The notes below the pieces were generated by a model, which saw only the letters and a program-made list of their open reading frames with translations, ran no database searches and was not told where the DNA came from. DNA of 64,000 nucleotides from Stegostoma tigrinum. Its lineage: Eukaryota. Of the stretch, positions 11,050-25,249 are shown piece by piece. The position numbers and the translations under genes are program-made. The stretch spans positions 1,778,497 to 1,842,496 of the forward strand of contig NC_081387.1 in the NCBI RefSeq assembly GCF_030684315.1. The letters run 5' to 3'. Numbering within the stretch: the stretch's first letter is position 1; each line of letters starts with the position of its first letter.

Positions 11050-13600
11050 CTTTATTTTGAGATTATACTGCTAGTCTGAGACTCTCACATGAGGGAAATT
11101 ATCTCTCAGCAATTACTCTGTCAAGCCCCCTGATATTCCTACATATTTCAATGTGATCACCTTTGATTCTTCTAAACTCTAGTGAGTAGCCCCCAACCTA
11201 TTTAGCCTAGACTCATAAGACAATCCCTCCATACAAGGGAACATCCTTAATGAACCTTCTCTGAACTGCCTACAATGAAATGATGCCTTTCCTTAGATAA
11301 GTGGACCAAAACTGCTCATAGTACTTCAGATGCAGTCTTACCAGCACCTTGTACAGTTGCAGCAAGACTTCCCTACTCTTCTCATCCAACCCCTTGAAAT
11401 AATTACCTGCTGCACCTGTGCGCTAGCTTTCTGTGTGCACAGGTACCCCAAAGTTGTAGCCAAAATGTACAGCTTTCTGCAGTTTTTCACCATTTAAATA
11501 ACATCATGTTCTTTTGTTCTCCCTTACAAATGAACAATGTATATTCCCACATTATACTCCCTTGTGCCAACTTTTTACTCACTTACTTAACCTGTCAATA
11601 TCTCTTGTCCACCCTCTTTGTATCCCTCTTGTAGGTGGCTTTTCCACAAATTTTCATGTCATCTGCAAATTTGGCTACAGTATGCTGAAGGATTGATGAA
11701 GGGTCCAAACCCAAGATGTCGACTTTTCTGCTCCTCAAATGCTGTCTGACCTGCTGTGCTCTTCCAGCTCCACATTTTATCGTTCCTGACTTCCAGCACC
11801 TGTAGTCCTTTCTATATCCTTGTCACAGAAATGTACATTTAACAGCAGTGAACCCCGTAAAGTCCCACTGCATATAGGTTACCAACCTGAAAAAGAACCC
11901 TTTATACCCACTCACTGTCATTTGCCCAGCCAAATATACCCCTAATATATTTTCTTCAAATCTGTGGGGACTTAAGACTTAGCCTTTTGTGAGGTACTTT
12001 GTTAAACACCTTCTGGAAGTCAAAATACAACATTTCTACTAGCTCCCCTCTATCCAGTTTGGTTGAGATATCCTCAAAAAACATCCTCAAAATAAATTTG
12101 TCAGGCACAATTTCCCTTTCATGAAGTCATGTTGACTCTGCTTGATTAGATTATGATTTTCCAAATGTGTTGCTATTTGTTACTTAATAATTGATTCCAA
12201 AATTTCTACAAAATTGATGTTACCTGCTTTTTGTCTTTCTCCCTTTTACAAGAAGGGTGTCACATTAGCAATTTTCCAATCCTGCAGGACTTCACTAGCA
12301 TCCAAGTAGTTATAGAAAATTACAGTGAATGTATCCACTATCTCTGTAGCTACTTCTTTTAGGATTCTAGCGTGCAAGCTTTTGGGGCCAGGGCACTTAT
12401 TTGCCATTAGTCCCATTAGTTTGTCTAATACTATTTTCTACAAACAGTGATGGTATCCTCCCCTGTATTCTTTAATATTAATAGGATGTTTCAAGTAACT
12501 TCCACTGTAAAGACTGATGCAAAATATCTTTTTAACTCCTGTCATTTCCTTGTTTCCTATAACCATCTCCCTGGATTCAATTTCTAAGGGGTCACAGAAT
12601 CATACAGCACGATATAGACCCTTCAGTCTGACATCCCAATCTGACCTTGTCCTATTCGGCCCATATGTCTCCAAACCCTTCCTATTTGTGTACCCATCCA
12701 GATGCCTTTTAAATGTTTTAAAAGTTAGGTGATAGCCTAGTGGTATTATCACTAGACTATTAATCCAAACACTCCGGTGATGTTCTGGAGACTTGGGTTT
12801 GAATCCCCCCTTGGCAGATAGTGGAATTTGAATTTGAAATAATAATCTGGAATTAAGACTCTAATGATGGCCATGAAACTATTGCTGATTGTCAAGGGAA
12901 AAAAATTGATCTGGTTCACTAAGGTCCTTTAGGGAAGGTAATCTGCTACCCTGCCTGGTCTGGCCTACATGTGACTCCAAACCCACAGCAATGTGGTTGA
13001 CTCTTAACAGCCCTGTGGGCAATTAGGGATGGGCAATAAATGCTGGTCTAGCCAGCGGTGCCCACATCCCATGAATGAATATTTAAAAAATTGTACCAGC
13101 CTCCACCACTTCCACTGGCAACTTGCTCCATGCATGCACCACCTTCTGCATGAAAGTGTTATTCCTCCGGTCTTTCGCCACCCACCTTAAACCTATGCTG
13201 TCATGTTTTGGACTGCCCCTTGCGAGGAAGAAGACCTTGGCTATTCACCCTATCCATGGCTATTCACCCTATCCATGCCCCTTATGATTTTATAAACCAT
13301 TGTAAGGTCACTCTTGGCCTCCATTGCTCCGGGGAAAAAAGCCCCAGGCTATTTCAGCCTCTGCCTAAAACTCAAACCCTCCAGTCTCAGCAACATCCTT
13401 TTAAATGTTTTCTTCACCCTCTGGGTCAATGTTCATTTTGACGTCTGTCTTCTTTTTTCTTTATTTAAAGAAACTCTTATAGTCACTTTCTTTATTCCTC
13501 ACTAGTTTGCCCTCCTAGTTTATTCTCTCAGTCTTCTTTATCGTTTTAGTCCTTTTTTACTAGATTCTGAATTTATCCCAGTCTTTGGAGCTTTCACTGA
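11050..13600 (-). mobile_element. Stack of decayed CR1 ORF2 fragments with nested short inserts
   Basis: KFADD, DFQK.F, QHDFMKG motifs on the - strand. Confidence 0.8.
12725..13080 (+). mobile_element. tRNA-headed SINE (non-HE1) with LINE-type tail
   Basis: A/B-box-like head, core ggttcactaa.gtcctttagggaagg...tgactcca, tail aataaatgctgg...atgaatgaat. Related copies at ~4030-4200(-), 39980-40170(+) and 54170-54500(-). Confidence 0.8.
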
Positions 13601-13746
13601 TTTTGCCTTTTTGTATGCTTGGTTTCCTAGGTAATTTGTGCTTAACTTGTGAGTGGATTTATTGGAAGCACTTCCTTTCTGGTTTAGAGATTGAGGTTTG
13701 TTGATGGTTCATTCTTAATCTGAGAAGGTGAGATTGAGATGTCATT

Positions 13747-14068
13747 AGGGCGGCACGGTGGCTCAGTGGTTAGCACTGCAGCCTCACAGCGCCAGGGACC
13801 CGGTTCAATTCCAGCCTCGGGTAACTGTCTGTGTGGATTTTGCACATTCTCCCCGTGTTTGCGTGGGTTTCCTCCGGGTGCTCCAGTTTCCTCCCACAGT
13901 CCAAAGATGTGCGGGCTAGGTGGTTTGGCCATGCTAAATTGCCCATAGTGTTCAGGGGTGTGTGGGTTATATAGGGATGGGGATGGGTCTGGGTGGGATG
14001 CTTCAAGGGGCAGTGTGGACTTGCTGGGCCGAAGGGCCTGTTTCCACACTGTAGGGAATTTAATCTAA
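13747..14068 (+). mobile_element. HE1-type V-SINE, full length
   Basis: Head ggcggcacggtggctcagtggttagcactg; V-domain gtgggtttcctccgggtgctcc.gtttcctcccacagtccaaaga; CR1-derived tail. Confidence 0.93.
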
Positions 14069-14400
14069 TGTATTATCTGGGAGGTACAGAGTGTCTGAAG
14101 ATACTTCCTGATTTCAATTGTATGTGTGTGAGAGAGAACTGGTTATTACTCTTTGGACTGTGAATGATCAGTTCTGATTGTGTATTTGAATCAGAATGTT
14201 AACTTTTGTCAAATCTCGCCAACACCCACCACGACCAAATCTCTGTAACCGTCTCTGAAAAGGAAATGAAGATTTACAACATGAAGAGCCTTTCACGACC
14301 ACCAGATGTCCCAGAGTGATTTTCAGCCAAAAAAGTACTTTTTAAAATATCGTCACTCTCGATATGAATTCCTTTGAGTTTTGCCCTGGCTGGTCCGAGG

Positions 14401-14534
14401 ATCAGAGATGATGGGAACTGCAGATGCTGGAGAATTCCAAGATAATAAAATGTGAAGCTGGATGAACACAGCAGGCCAAGCAGCATCTCAGGAGCACAAA
14501 AGCTGACGTTTCGGGCCTAGACCCTTCATCAGAG
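14401..14534 (-). mobile_element. Solo Penelope terminus (family A) with intact hammerhead core at 14505-14532
   Basis: Near-identical to 50488-50620; reverse complement CTGATGA-agggtctaggccc-GAAACGTC. Confidence 0.88.
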
Positions 14535-14716
14535 GCGGTATTATTTGTGAATGGCTGATGAACTGGGTCAGAGCTCAGAACTTTATGAAATTGAAGTCTG
14601 GAGAGGAGATCAATTGAATCTTATTTAATTTTGGGAAATGCGTGATGCACTGCTTCGTCCTGTTTCCTGATTATTCAGCTGTCTTGTAGAAATGAAAGCA
14701 GCTGGTTTGTAGTCTG

Positions 14717-15043
14717 AATCACAGAATCCATAGTGTGGAAACAGGCAATTCAGCCCAACAACATGCTGACAGCATCCCATGTAGACCTATCTCCCAACCC
14801 TTTCCCTGTAACCCTATTTATTTCTGATTGGCTAATGTACCTGACCATACGTCCCTGAACACTGGGCAATTTAGCATGGCCAGTGCACCAAATCTGCACA
14901 TTTTTGGACTGCCAGGAAACCAGAAACCTACATAGACATGGGGAGAATGTGCAAACTGCACACAGACAGTTGCCTGAGAGTGGACTTGAACCAAGACACT
15001 GGCAATGTGAGGCAGGACTGCTAATCATTGAGCCACTATGCTG
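14717..15043 (-). mobile_element. HE1-type SINE
   Basis: Homologous to 13747-14068. It interrupts a segment paralogous to 3620-3940. Confidence 0.85.
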
Positions 15044-15819
15044 CCTTGCTCATGGAGACAACATAGAGTTTGTTTGTTCCAGAGAGGCTGAGCTAGCCTG
15101 GGGAATGTTCAGTGAAGGTTTTTGGAGAATGTTTAGAAAATATTTACTGGAAAACTTCTAGGATTGAGGGATTAAATTACTTGGAGAGATTTGTTTGCTA
15201 ACTTTCACATTTATGTTGCCCCATAATGTTTCTCTGAAGATACTCATTTCCTCACTTCTAAGCTCTATGTTCTGAATGAAACTTGTGTTTTCTGCTGTGA
15301 AGAGAAATAAAGCAGTAGTTCAGTACTTCGGCCATTTCCAAATTCTCCATAACATTTTCTGCTATCTCTGCTTTGAAGGAACTAATATATATGAGATCTA
15401 CTCTCTTCCTCTTTAAATATTTACAAAAACTCTCCCATCTGTTTTACTTTTTTTTAAATCAGTTTTTTTGGCAGAGCTTTGCTAGTTTCTAAATAAACTC
15501 CCAATCCTCAAACTGGGTAGTTTTGTTCTTCAATAATGCAAGCCTCTTCCTTTAATCTTGATACTATCCTGAACTTCCTGAATGAGACACTGAGTGGGGA
15601 TTTCTTGCTTATTTTTCACTGCGTTTTTACAACCATATCTCTGAGTCTATTTACCCAATTAGCCTGAACTGTGCCTCCCTTGTACCAACATAATTGGCTT
15701 CAAGTTTAGAGTTGTTAGGAAATTGATATTTTCAGACTCCTGCTGGAAATCAAGGATAGTGTGATCATTGTTTCTTGGTGGTTCTTTTTCCATTATGTTA
15801 CTAATCAATGCTGCTTCAT

Positions 15820-17100
15820 TACATCGCAGATAGATCCTGACCATTACCCGAGGAACAGCTGCGCAACTGTGGGAAGATATACAATCCCTTCACAGTACTG
15901 ATGAACACAAAGAAGGTTGGGCAGCGAAACAACCATCTGGAAATCTTTTGGGTCAAGGGAGCTTTGACACATCATGAGATCTGAAATTGATCAATGGTCT
16001 GCAGCCTCCCATCAGCACCAACCTTTCTGAAGATTTAGCAGTGGATGGTTGGTCAAGGTGAAGCTGGGAAGAAGAGTGAGTGGCTCCAAGTGTAGATAAA
16101 GCTTCAATCATTCATTCAGCCTCAGGAATCATTTCTACAGGTGAGAGGCTATTCAAATGTGAGGTGTGTGAAGAGGACTCCAAAGGCTTGTAAAATCTCC
16201 TGACACACAACGTGCATCTGTGGAGTAACTATTAACAAATGAATAGTTACACGGAAGAGAAACCTTTCAAGTGTGAGTTGTGTGATCGAGCTTTTAAATA
16301 GTCATTGATGTTTCTAAATTACCGTTGCATTCATGCAGGGGAGAAACCATTCAAATGTGATGCGTTGAACCAGAGCTTTGCCTATTCACATGGGGGAGGA
16401 ATCATTTAGGTGCATGGTGTGCAGTAAATTATTATCACAGTCACTGACACTCCTCATACGCCAACATGTTCATATGGGGAGAAACCACTTATGTGCAACG
16501 TGTGCAACAAATCATTCTCAACATCATCAGACCTTCGAATATACCTTATATATTCTTACAGGGGAGAGACCAAACTGTGGGAAGAGTCATTCTTGTCATC
16601 ATCAGTTCTCCATGTGCATCAATGCATTCATACAGAAGAGACTGGTCAGATATAAAGTGTGTAACACGTTGTTCTCACAGTCAGGAAATCTCTGCACATA
16701 CCTTTGCACCCACACAGGGGAGAAACTGTTCAACAGTAAAGTGTCCGAAAGATCAGTTTCTGCTTCACCAGAGAATTCAGACAGGGGAGAAACTATCCAC
16801 TGGGCCATGTGCAGTAAATCATTCACAAAGTCATAGAATCTCCTGTTCCCTCACAGGATCCACATAGGAGCGTGAAGGACTTATCATGGAACTTTCATGA
16901 TGTCTTCGCTCATCCAGAGCACCACAGGATTCAAACAATGGAGAGAGTCTACAGGTGCAGTGTTTGTGACAAGGTTTTTGTACAGTCAGCATTTCTCTTC
17001 ATCAGTACAGCCACCCGGGAGAGAAACCGTTTAGTGTGACTTTTGTAATTAAATATTAACAGTTTGTAAACCTTATGGAACATGAATGAGTCCACAAAGG
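15820..17100 (+). pseudogene. C2H2 ZNF pseudogene 1, with part of the shared leader
   Basis: 15820-16250 is homologous to 7990-8420. It is followed by frameshifted, stop-containing fingers; ACG occupies the start-codon position (~16250). Confidence 0.88.
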
Positions 17101-17139
17101 AATGATCAACCTATATTTTTGCCCATCTTGTCCTCAGAG

Positions 17140-19270
17140 TGTTTACCAGTACACAGGGTGTTCAGTGCGCCTGGGACACAGAACAAGAAGCAGCTTTCAC
17201 TCCCATCAAACACCTAGTGATGACATCACCTGTGCTGAAGGATTATGATGTCAGCAATGGAGCCACCCTGCAGTGTGATGTCAGTGACACAGGACTTGGA
17301 GTAATCCCCATGCAGTGAGGGCAACCCATTGTGTTTGTATCCAGTTAACACAGACTGAACAACACTGTACACTGATGGAGAAAGACAGCCTTGCTTTTGA
17401 ACCTTTCAACTATTATCTGTTTGGGGAGACAGAAAGCAATCTGACCACAAGCTGTTCAAAGCATCTCTCTCAAACCACTTGTGTTAGCACTAGGGCATTT
17501 GCACAGGATGTTGTTTTTCTTGCAGAGTCGATACTTGGAAATAAAGTACAAGCAAGGGAAGCAGATGTACATCGTCAACACACTGTCGAGACCTGCTGTC
17601 ACTTTCAAGTTGATGGTACGAAGTGTGAAATTTTTCAGATTTACCACAAGAAGCAATAGTATGACATGCTGAAGAGTCATCAATCCAGTTGACATTGAAC
17701 CAGATCTTCTGGTCTCTGACTGTCATAGACTGGAGGTAAGATTTTGGAGCTGCTCACACTGACACACTGTTCTATAGCAAATGTGTAGAAAATTTGAACA
17801 TCTAATAAGTCAGGACCCTCCAGAAGTTCAGACAGTCCATCCCTGAGACTTGAGATAGTTCCAAAGTATTCGCCTGGATAGTTACCAGGAAATTTTAGGC
17901 AGGAAGAAACTTTGTATATCTGCTGGGTGTCCATGCAGTTCGTCACACTGACCGTGCAACTATCCCACTACCACAACCCTCTAACTCCCTGAGATCTGAC
18001 CTGATGACACCATCACTCCAGCAGACTCAACTGTCCAGCTTTCATCACCCGACTACCCATTAAAAACCAAACTTATCTAAGACCTGAACCACCAACTCAT
18101 TCACCAGATCACCAGGTACCACCTGTACTCATTCTCTTCACTGCTGTCTGTGTGGATTCCTGCAATAATTTTCTTTTTCATGTAGATTCCTGTAGTGAGG
18201 GAGTTCATCTCACTGCTGCATCAGAGGTTTGATCAGAAAACCAAACGAGGTAACGGATAATTTTCTGTCTAGTGTCAAACACAGGGGCTCTGACTCAGAG
18301 TCAAAGGTTTGGGACGAACCTACCAAACCAAGCATTTACACGAGGTGTAATTCTTCAAATGCTAGAGAAAGTCGAGGTAAAAGAATGGCCTGCATCCATG
18401 AAGGACAGACATGGTACTGTAAGAGAGTAAACAGAGATGAAGTGATCACCAAAGATGGTGATACGCCATGTACAGAGGAAGAAGGATCATTAACCTGGAA
18501 AAGATGAGAAAAGACATACTGAAGCACATCCTACACAAACTATAAAAGAAGTGAGTCTAGTCTATGGAAAAAAAGAGAAGTGCTGTACTGGCTAAAACAA
18601 GAATGAGGACCACATCAGCAAGTGCTATGTTTGTAATAAACATCAAACTAAACCAGATAAAGAGCTATTCATGACTCCTGACATCCCAGACAGCCCATGG
18701 ATAAAGCTTGGAGTAGATCTCTTCATTCTCACTGGAACTATCCTGTCACAGTCAACTGCTATTCAGGTAGCAGGAAGTTACAGCAGTGACATCAGTGACT
18801 CCCAGTGAGACTGTAGAATGTCTGAAAGCATACTTCAGTCATTGTGACATTCCTGACATTGTGATAAGTGAGAATGACCGTAATTCATGAGTGATAAATT
18901 CAGACAATGATTTGAGAAATTCAGCCCCACATATCATTTCCACAGTATCACCAATATAATAGAAAGGCTGAAGAACTGGTGAAAATTGCTGAAGGGATAA
19001 ATGTGTACGAAGTGATCTTCAAGTGGAGAAACACACCTACCAAAGGCAAGAAAAGTTGCCCAGTCCAGCAAGTAATGTCACGTGGTACACAGCTTGCTCT
19101 TCCAATTGATAAAACTTGACTGAGGTCAGAAATAGGAACAGGATTGAGTGACAAGATCAAAGTGAAATGACAGAAAGCCAAATGTTACTTTGACCAGTGT
19201 GCTAAATCATTGTCAGGATTGAGAGTTGGACAACCAGAGTGCAGATGTTCAATATGTTCACGAAAAGGCA
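17140..19270 (+). mobile_element. Decayed Gypsy/Ty3 pol (RNase H and integrase) with an internal insert at ~17720-18380
   Basis: EQEAAF..IK..V.SPVLK.YD..LQCD.S..GLG; YKQGKQMYIVNTLSR; C..CNKHQ...IPDSPWIKLGVDLF. No LTRs found. Confidence 0.85.
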
Positions 19271-20029
19271 GCCTGCATGGTAACTTGAAACTTGTGTGCA
19301 GAAGTTGTCACTGTGATCATTAACAGTGAAAGGAAACTGTAAGATCTGTTGTTAAAACAGCAGTCACCTAAATGCAGCCAGAGAAGGCGCATCTTCGTTG
19401 CAAATAGATGAAGAGGCAATTGAGTGAAGAACCGAATGACCATCAGTGTCAGAGGCAAGCCGGCCCCGCAACAAATGCAATCTATCTGCCACAACAGTTA
19501 TCACAGTAACAATGACTTCCTAAGAACACGATGGGTATACTGACACCACCATAGCCTGCTTCAAGAAGCTCACTACCATTTTCTAAAGGTCAGCTGGGAA
19601 CTCTGCAACAAATAGTGGCCTAGCAAGTGATGTCCACATCCGAGAAACAATTTTTAAAAAACCTACCAGCGTAGCCGCTATATTCCCCAGAGAGACCGTG
19701 TCACCTCAAAAACCAGAAAACATTAACATAAACAGCCAACAGTTAACCTAACAGAAGACCTAAACAATTTCATGTGTGTATAGACACAGAAGAAATTGGA
19801 AGAGGTAAAGAATAAAGTTATTTGTTCATTTCATAATTTTCTGTATTGACTGTGAATATAGAGTAATTTTTAATTAAATACTTTTTCAATATGAAGTGGG
19901 TGATTGAAGTCAGTATCTTTAAAAACTGTGAATTCCCATATGATTGTGATCTCTGATGTTGATTGTAAAGAAAGATTTGATGGAAATAGCAATTTTACAC
20001 GAAACATGGGTCTTTGTTTATGATTCTGA

Positions 20030-20330
20030 TTGCTCCAAATACATTCAAATGAATTTCCAGAAGCTTGAGAAAATTTACTGGTGAAACAGGGGTGACTCTC
20101 AGCAGCAGATCAGGTGTGGATTTAAACTTGTCATTGTCCCATCTGAATAAAACCTCAATGACTTATTACAGCTGTTGTCCCAGTTCCCCTGGCAATCATT
20201 TAACAGAAATGGCTAGTGTGACAGAAGCATTCTTCGTCCTCAAAGACTTTCAAACTGACATCAATGTGGGATGTGTAGCCTCAGATGTGTTCAGATCAGA
20301 AGAAAAAGACCCACAGCATCCAAGGCAATG
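20030..20330 (-). repeat. Partial cassette, copy 3 (upstream arm only, no core)
   Basis: ggtgaaacaggggtgactctcagcagcagatcaggt...ctgaataaaacctc...aagacccacagcatccaaggca matches the reverse complement of 37045-37300. Confidence 0.85.
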
Positions 20331-20884
20331 ATGACGTGCAGTGGTGGATACTGCACATACACAGGAGAGGGGGGCATAGAACAGAGACGTATGGGAGTAA
20401 TGGGGTCCAGGAGAGAGCAAGGAAGGTAGAAGCAATTAACTCTTTTCTCCTCCATTTCTGCCCAAACCACCTCCACACTCTCTTCTACCTGATCCTGTTT
20501 CCTACCTCTGCTTCCTTCCAAATACTCTATTTTACAGGCTTTCTCTGTCTCTTTAATATGTCCTCCTCCAGCATGAGAAATATGACAGAGGAATAAGGGC
20601 AAAGTTCACTGCTTTGAATTCCATTGTAAGTGAGAAAAAAGACTGCAATATTATTGAAGTAATAATGGAATTGTAACAATATTAAACCATTTTAAAATAT
20701 GTCTTTTGTTTACATTTCACAACTGAACTAAACTGTTATCTGTGGGCCTGTAATTTGGTGAATAGCTATAGTTTATCAACTGCTGTGATGAATATGACTG
20801 ACTCTTGGTACCTGAATAACCAAAAACTCGGAATGTAATTTTAAGAGGCCCCCTCAAACAGGCGCAATTAGCAGAAACTCACCA

Positions 20885-21225
20885 CTTGGCAGGACAGTGG
20901 TTAGTACTGCCACCTCACAACACCAGGGACCTGGGTGTGATTCCAGCCTTGGGTGACTGTCTCTGTGGAGTTTTCATGTTCTTCCTGTGTCCACATGGGT
21001 TTCCTCTGGGTGCTCCGTTTTTCTCCCAGTCTAAAGATCTGCAGGTTAGGTGGATTACTATGGTAAATTGCCTGTAGTGTTAGAGATGTGCAGGCTAGGC
21101 AGATTAAGCCATGGTAAATGCGGGGTTTCAGTTTAGGGTGAAGTCTGTGTGGGATGTTCTTCGAAGTGTCAGTGCGGACCTGGTGGGCTGATAGCTTCTT
21201 TCAACATTGTATAGTCATTTCTATG
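20885..21225 (+). mobile_element. HE1-type SINE, older
   Basis: Diverged head and V-domain match. Confidence 0.85.
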
Positions 21226-21583
21226 GTTGCTACCAGCTTCCCGACTGACATTTAATGAAACAGTGTTAAAGATCTCAAAAATTTAATTTACACTTGATGT
21301 AATTGACAATTAAAATTCTATTTTAGCAAGATTGGATGAAACTCTCTGCCAGAAGCTATGCTGTTGCAGTTGTTATACATTTAACAAGTTTTACTGAAGC
21401 AAATATTGAAACAAAAATTTTTTTTGAAGAATGGTAAGTTGTGACCTGATTGGCTTTATGATCAATGCAGCATGTAAACCGGATAATTTTGTGATGAAAC
21501 GGTAGTTGATGAGAAAAGTGACTGAAGAAATCTGCAATGCATGATCAGTACTTTGTGGTCATGGGGTCAAAAAGATGTGGTTT

Positions 21584-21900
21584 TAGAACATAGAACAATA
21601 CAGCGCAGAACAGGCCCTTCGGCCCTCGATGTTGCGCCGACCTGTGAACTAATCTAAGCCCCTCCCCCTACACTATCCCATCATTGTCCATATGTTTATC
21701 CAAGGACTGTTTAAATGCCCCTAATGTGGCTGAGTTAACTACATTGGCAGGCAGGGCATTCCACACCCCTACCACTCTCTGAGTAAAGAACCTGCCTCTG
21801 ACATCTGTGTTAAATCTATCACCCCTCAATTTGTAGCTATGCCCCCTTGTTCAAGCTGGAGTCATCATCCTCGGAAAAAGCCTCTCACCGTCCACCCTGC
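21584..21900 (-). mobile_element. CR1 3' end
   Basis: (tagaaca)n tail and a LFTQRVV..WNALP motif on the - strand. Confidence 0.88.
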
Positions 21901-22579
21901 TACAAAGATCTGCAAGGACTTGTTAACTGCATGTGACAATGTGAGAGCTAAGATTATTTGTCTTTAAGAAGGCCTTGGATAGTAAGTGTCAAAGTTGTGC
22001 TTTCCTAACTATAGTTCAAACAGTTATAAAACTGAATAAGACTATCTTAAAGTGAGAGAAAGCTGCAAGATAGAGAGGAGCAAAAGTAAATACAACTGCT
22101 TGGCAACAATCACAGGCTATGTAATTAACATGATAAACATTAAGAACTTGAGTGGGGTGAGTGTGATCATTGAGGGAACTGAGCTGGTTCGCACTGAGGT
22201 CATGGAAAGGTCTCGTTCAGCAATTTTACTACCGAGGACAGATGCTAATCTACAAGAAGGCCAATTGTCAGTATGTGAGTTTACTTGTAGTAGCTCCACC
22301 TACACACACATGCAAATAGAGACTCAGTACAGAAACTTGATAATGCCACACACTTGTTCTGCATCCTTGTCTATCCAGGGGAAGACCAGAATCTAGATGG
22401 TGGACAGTCCTGGTAAAAGAAGGGGTGTCTACACTTCCTTTATTTGTTTTACAACATGGGCTGTGTTTCAATCGACAGAAGTCCAGAATGGGGCGAGGGC
22501 AACGGAGCTACGCTCAGAAAGCCCAGAGCCTCAGGAATTTCTCACATGACCCCGATAATAACATTAATCCATATCTGTG

Positions 22580-23610
22580 AAGAATCCATCGTCAGACGAA
22601 CTATGCTTCAAAGAACATTTCTTTTGTTGTAAAATATTTTCTGGCTCCTTGTGTTTGTGGAATTTGATATATAAATGCAAGTCTTTCCTTCTTAGAGAAA
22701 CATTTTGCTTCCTGTGAACTGAAAATTAGAAACCCATTGATGGAGACTATATCCAGCCACAGTGACACTGAGCAATAAATTCTGGACAGGACTTACTAAA
22801 GTTTGAGAGTGTTTCAGTGAATAGAAACATACTAAGCTAACAGATCAGGGAGGTTGGATAAAAGTTAAATTTATTGGAGGTTCTAAATCTATACAAAAAT
22901 TAATAAACATCAGATGAAAATAATTACATCCTGAACCTTGAATCAATTAAAATAACAAAAGGTTTGAAAATAACTAAGATTTTTCCTCAAACATAAAATG
23001 TATCTTGAAAGTGTGGAAATTGAATATATCACACCATTATTACACTGACGTATGATGACCAGAGGGAATTTAGGTCTGGAGAGATTCACCCCCATTCTCT
23101 CACCATACACAGAATAATCGACGTCCTGGATTGCACAGTACATGCATTCTCCATGGTAATAGTCAAACACCTGTTTGTACACACACATACATCTCTCCAT
23201 TCACCAGAATGTTTCTGTCACCATCAATCTGGTAAACCAGATCTCTCATATCCAATTCCTACAGCCTTGTTCCCAAAATTATATTCCTCTCTTCCTTCCT
23301 GCTTGATATCCCTGTTTCTCAATTCCAGAAGAGAACAGACACCTTCTCTCCAAAACCAATTGTGTCCTTGTGGAATAACTGTTCCAGCTGCACAGAGCTC
23401 TGTTTAGACCCGACTTGGAGAACTGAGTTCAATTCTCATTAGTACGTTTCAGGAATGCCTTGGAGGGAGTGCACTATAGATTCACAAGAATGTTCCTGGG
23501 TCTTAAACTGGTTCTATTTAGATAACAGGATACACAGGCTAAGCTTGAATTTGCCTGAACATGGAAACTTATAGAATAATTATGATGCTTAAAATGATTC
23601 ATCTAGTTGA
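22580..23610. repeat. Segmental duplicate: 3' flank of ZNF-B, paralogous to 34540-36000
   Basis: Colinear blocks tgcttcctgtgaactg, aaacccattgat, tgtttcagtgaatag, aaaataacaaaa, ccaaaaccaa and a shared old CR1 piece. Confidence 0.85.
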
Positions 23611-23749
23611 CAGAGAAAACCAGAGTTGACCAGAGAAAACACCATCACCCACCTCTAACATCCCCTCCTCAAACCTCTCTGATGTTTATCTTTCTCTTTT
23701 TATTTCATACTACCCTCATTTCCACTTCTTTGAGCAAACTTTTAATTGT

Positions 23750-24660
23750 AAGACCAGAAGGTGTAGGAACAGAAGTAGCCCATTTGGCCCATCAAGTCTA
23801 CTCTGCCATTCAATGGGATTGTGGCTGATCTTATAATCCTCAAGTCCACTTTTGCTGTCTCTTCTCCATATGTTTGTTTCTCTTGCTAATAAAAATCTGT
23901 CTTTCCCAACAACTCATTCTCAGCAGACCTGCACAGAAAAGCATTCACGGATTCTAGGTGGCATGGTGGCTCAGTGGTCAGCACTATTGCCTCACAGCAC
24001 CAGGGCCCCAGGTTTGATTCCACCCTTGGGCGACTGTGTGTGCAGAGTTTGCACATTCTCCCTGTCCCTGCGTAAGCTTCTGCCAGGTGCTCCGGTTTCT
24101 ATTCACAGTCCAAAGATGTGCCAGTTAGATGGATTGGCCATGCTAAATTGTCCAGGGATGTGTAGGTCAGGTGCCTGAGCAAAGGGAATGCAGGATTAGG
24201 GTCTGGTAAGATGGTTCAGATGGTCTGTGTGGAGTCAAAGAACTGAATGTCCTACCGTACACAGTGGGGATTTTATGACAGATTCACTATCCTCTGAGAG
24301 AAATATTTTATTACTGTTTTAAATGGGTGACTCTTCACTCTAGGATTATACATTCTCGATCTAGACACTCCCACATGGGGAAACAACTTTTCCACATCTA
24401 CCCTGTCAAGTTACTCAGAATCTTGTATGTTGAATAGGTCTCCACTCACTGTTCTAAACACCAACGATACAAGCCCAACTGACTCAACTTCTCATACGAA
24501 AATCCATCCATACCTGGAATCAAATTACTGAACCTTCTCTGGACTGCATCCAATGCTGGTAATTTCTTTCCTTAGTAAAGTCACCAAAACTGTTCGTGGT
24601 ATTCCTGCTGAGATCTGACTAGAGCCTTGTACAGTTTTAACAAGACCTCCATATTTCTAT
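23750..24660 (-). mobile_element. CR1 3' fragment with a nested HE1 SINE (+, ~23957-24277)
   Basis: CR1 C-terminal homology on both sides of an HE1 head and V-domain. Confidence 0.8.
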
Positions 24661-25249
24661 GAAACACCTTAGAATGTTTCACTATATTAAGGCGCTCTGT
24701 AAATGCAATCTAATGTCCTCTCACGTTCCCTCCAATCCTCAAGGAACTGACCCGGAGGACAGATTGCGGACACTGACTGGCCCTTAGTCGTCTATGCAAG
24801 CAACCATTCAGCATGTGGAGAGCTAGACAGTGAATGTTTTTAAACAATGGAGACTGTTACAGCCAAGCCACATCTCACCCTCCCCTGACTTCTCAACTGG
24901 GGTCATTGATGAGAAATGGGATTCCTGGCTGATTCTCCCCCTCCACAGATCAGCGACACTGAGGCTATTTAAGGGACCTCCTTTATTACCCCAGGAATGG
25001 CTCCTCCCTTGTGTGCTTGGTCATAAGCTGAAGCCTTTCTAACCACTGAGTGTTTGACTGTCTTCTTGGTCAGAGCGAGAGTCAGTGACTGACTTATACC
25101 TGTCACTACACTGAAAGGAAGCAGAGTTTATGCAGGAGTTTCTACACATATTGTCTCCTTTTTGTGACATTTCATGATCTAGTCAAAGGTTCAATTGACC
25201 TTCTCGAAATAATTAGCTGCATGGAGGAAGAAGTTCGATACAGATGCTG

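Noticed and set aside
16378-16867. ZNF-like ORFs as a functional gene
   Set aside because: Zinc ligands are lost, with frameshifts and non-ATG starts; this is a pseudogene.
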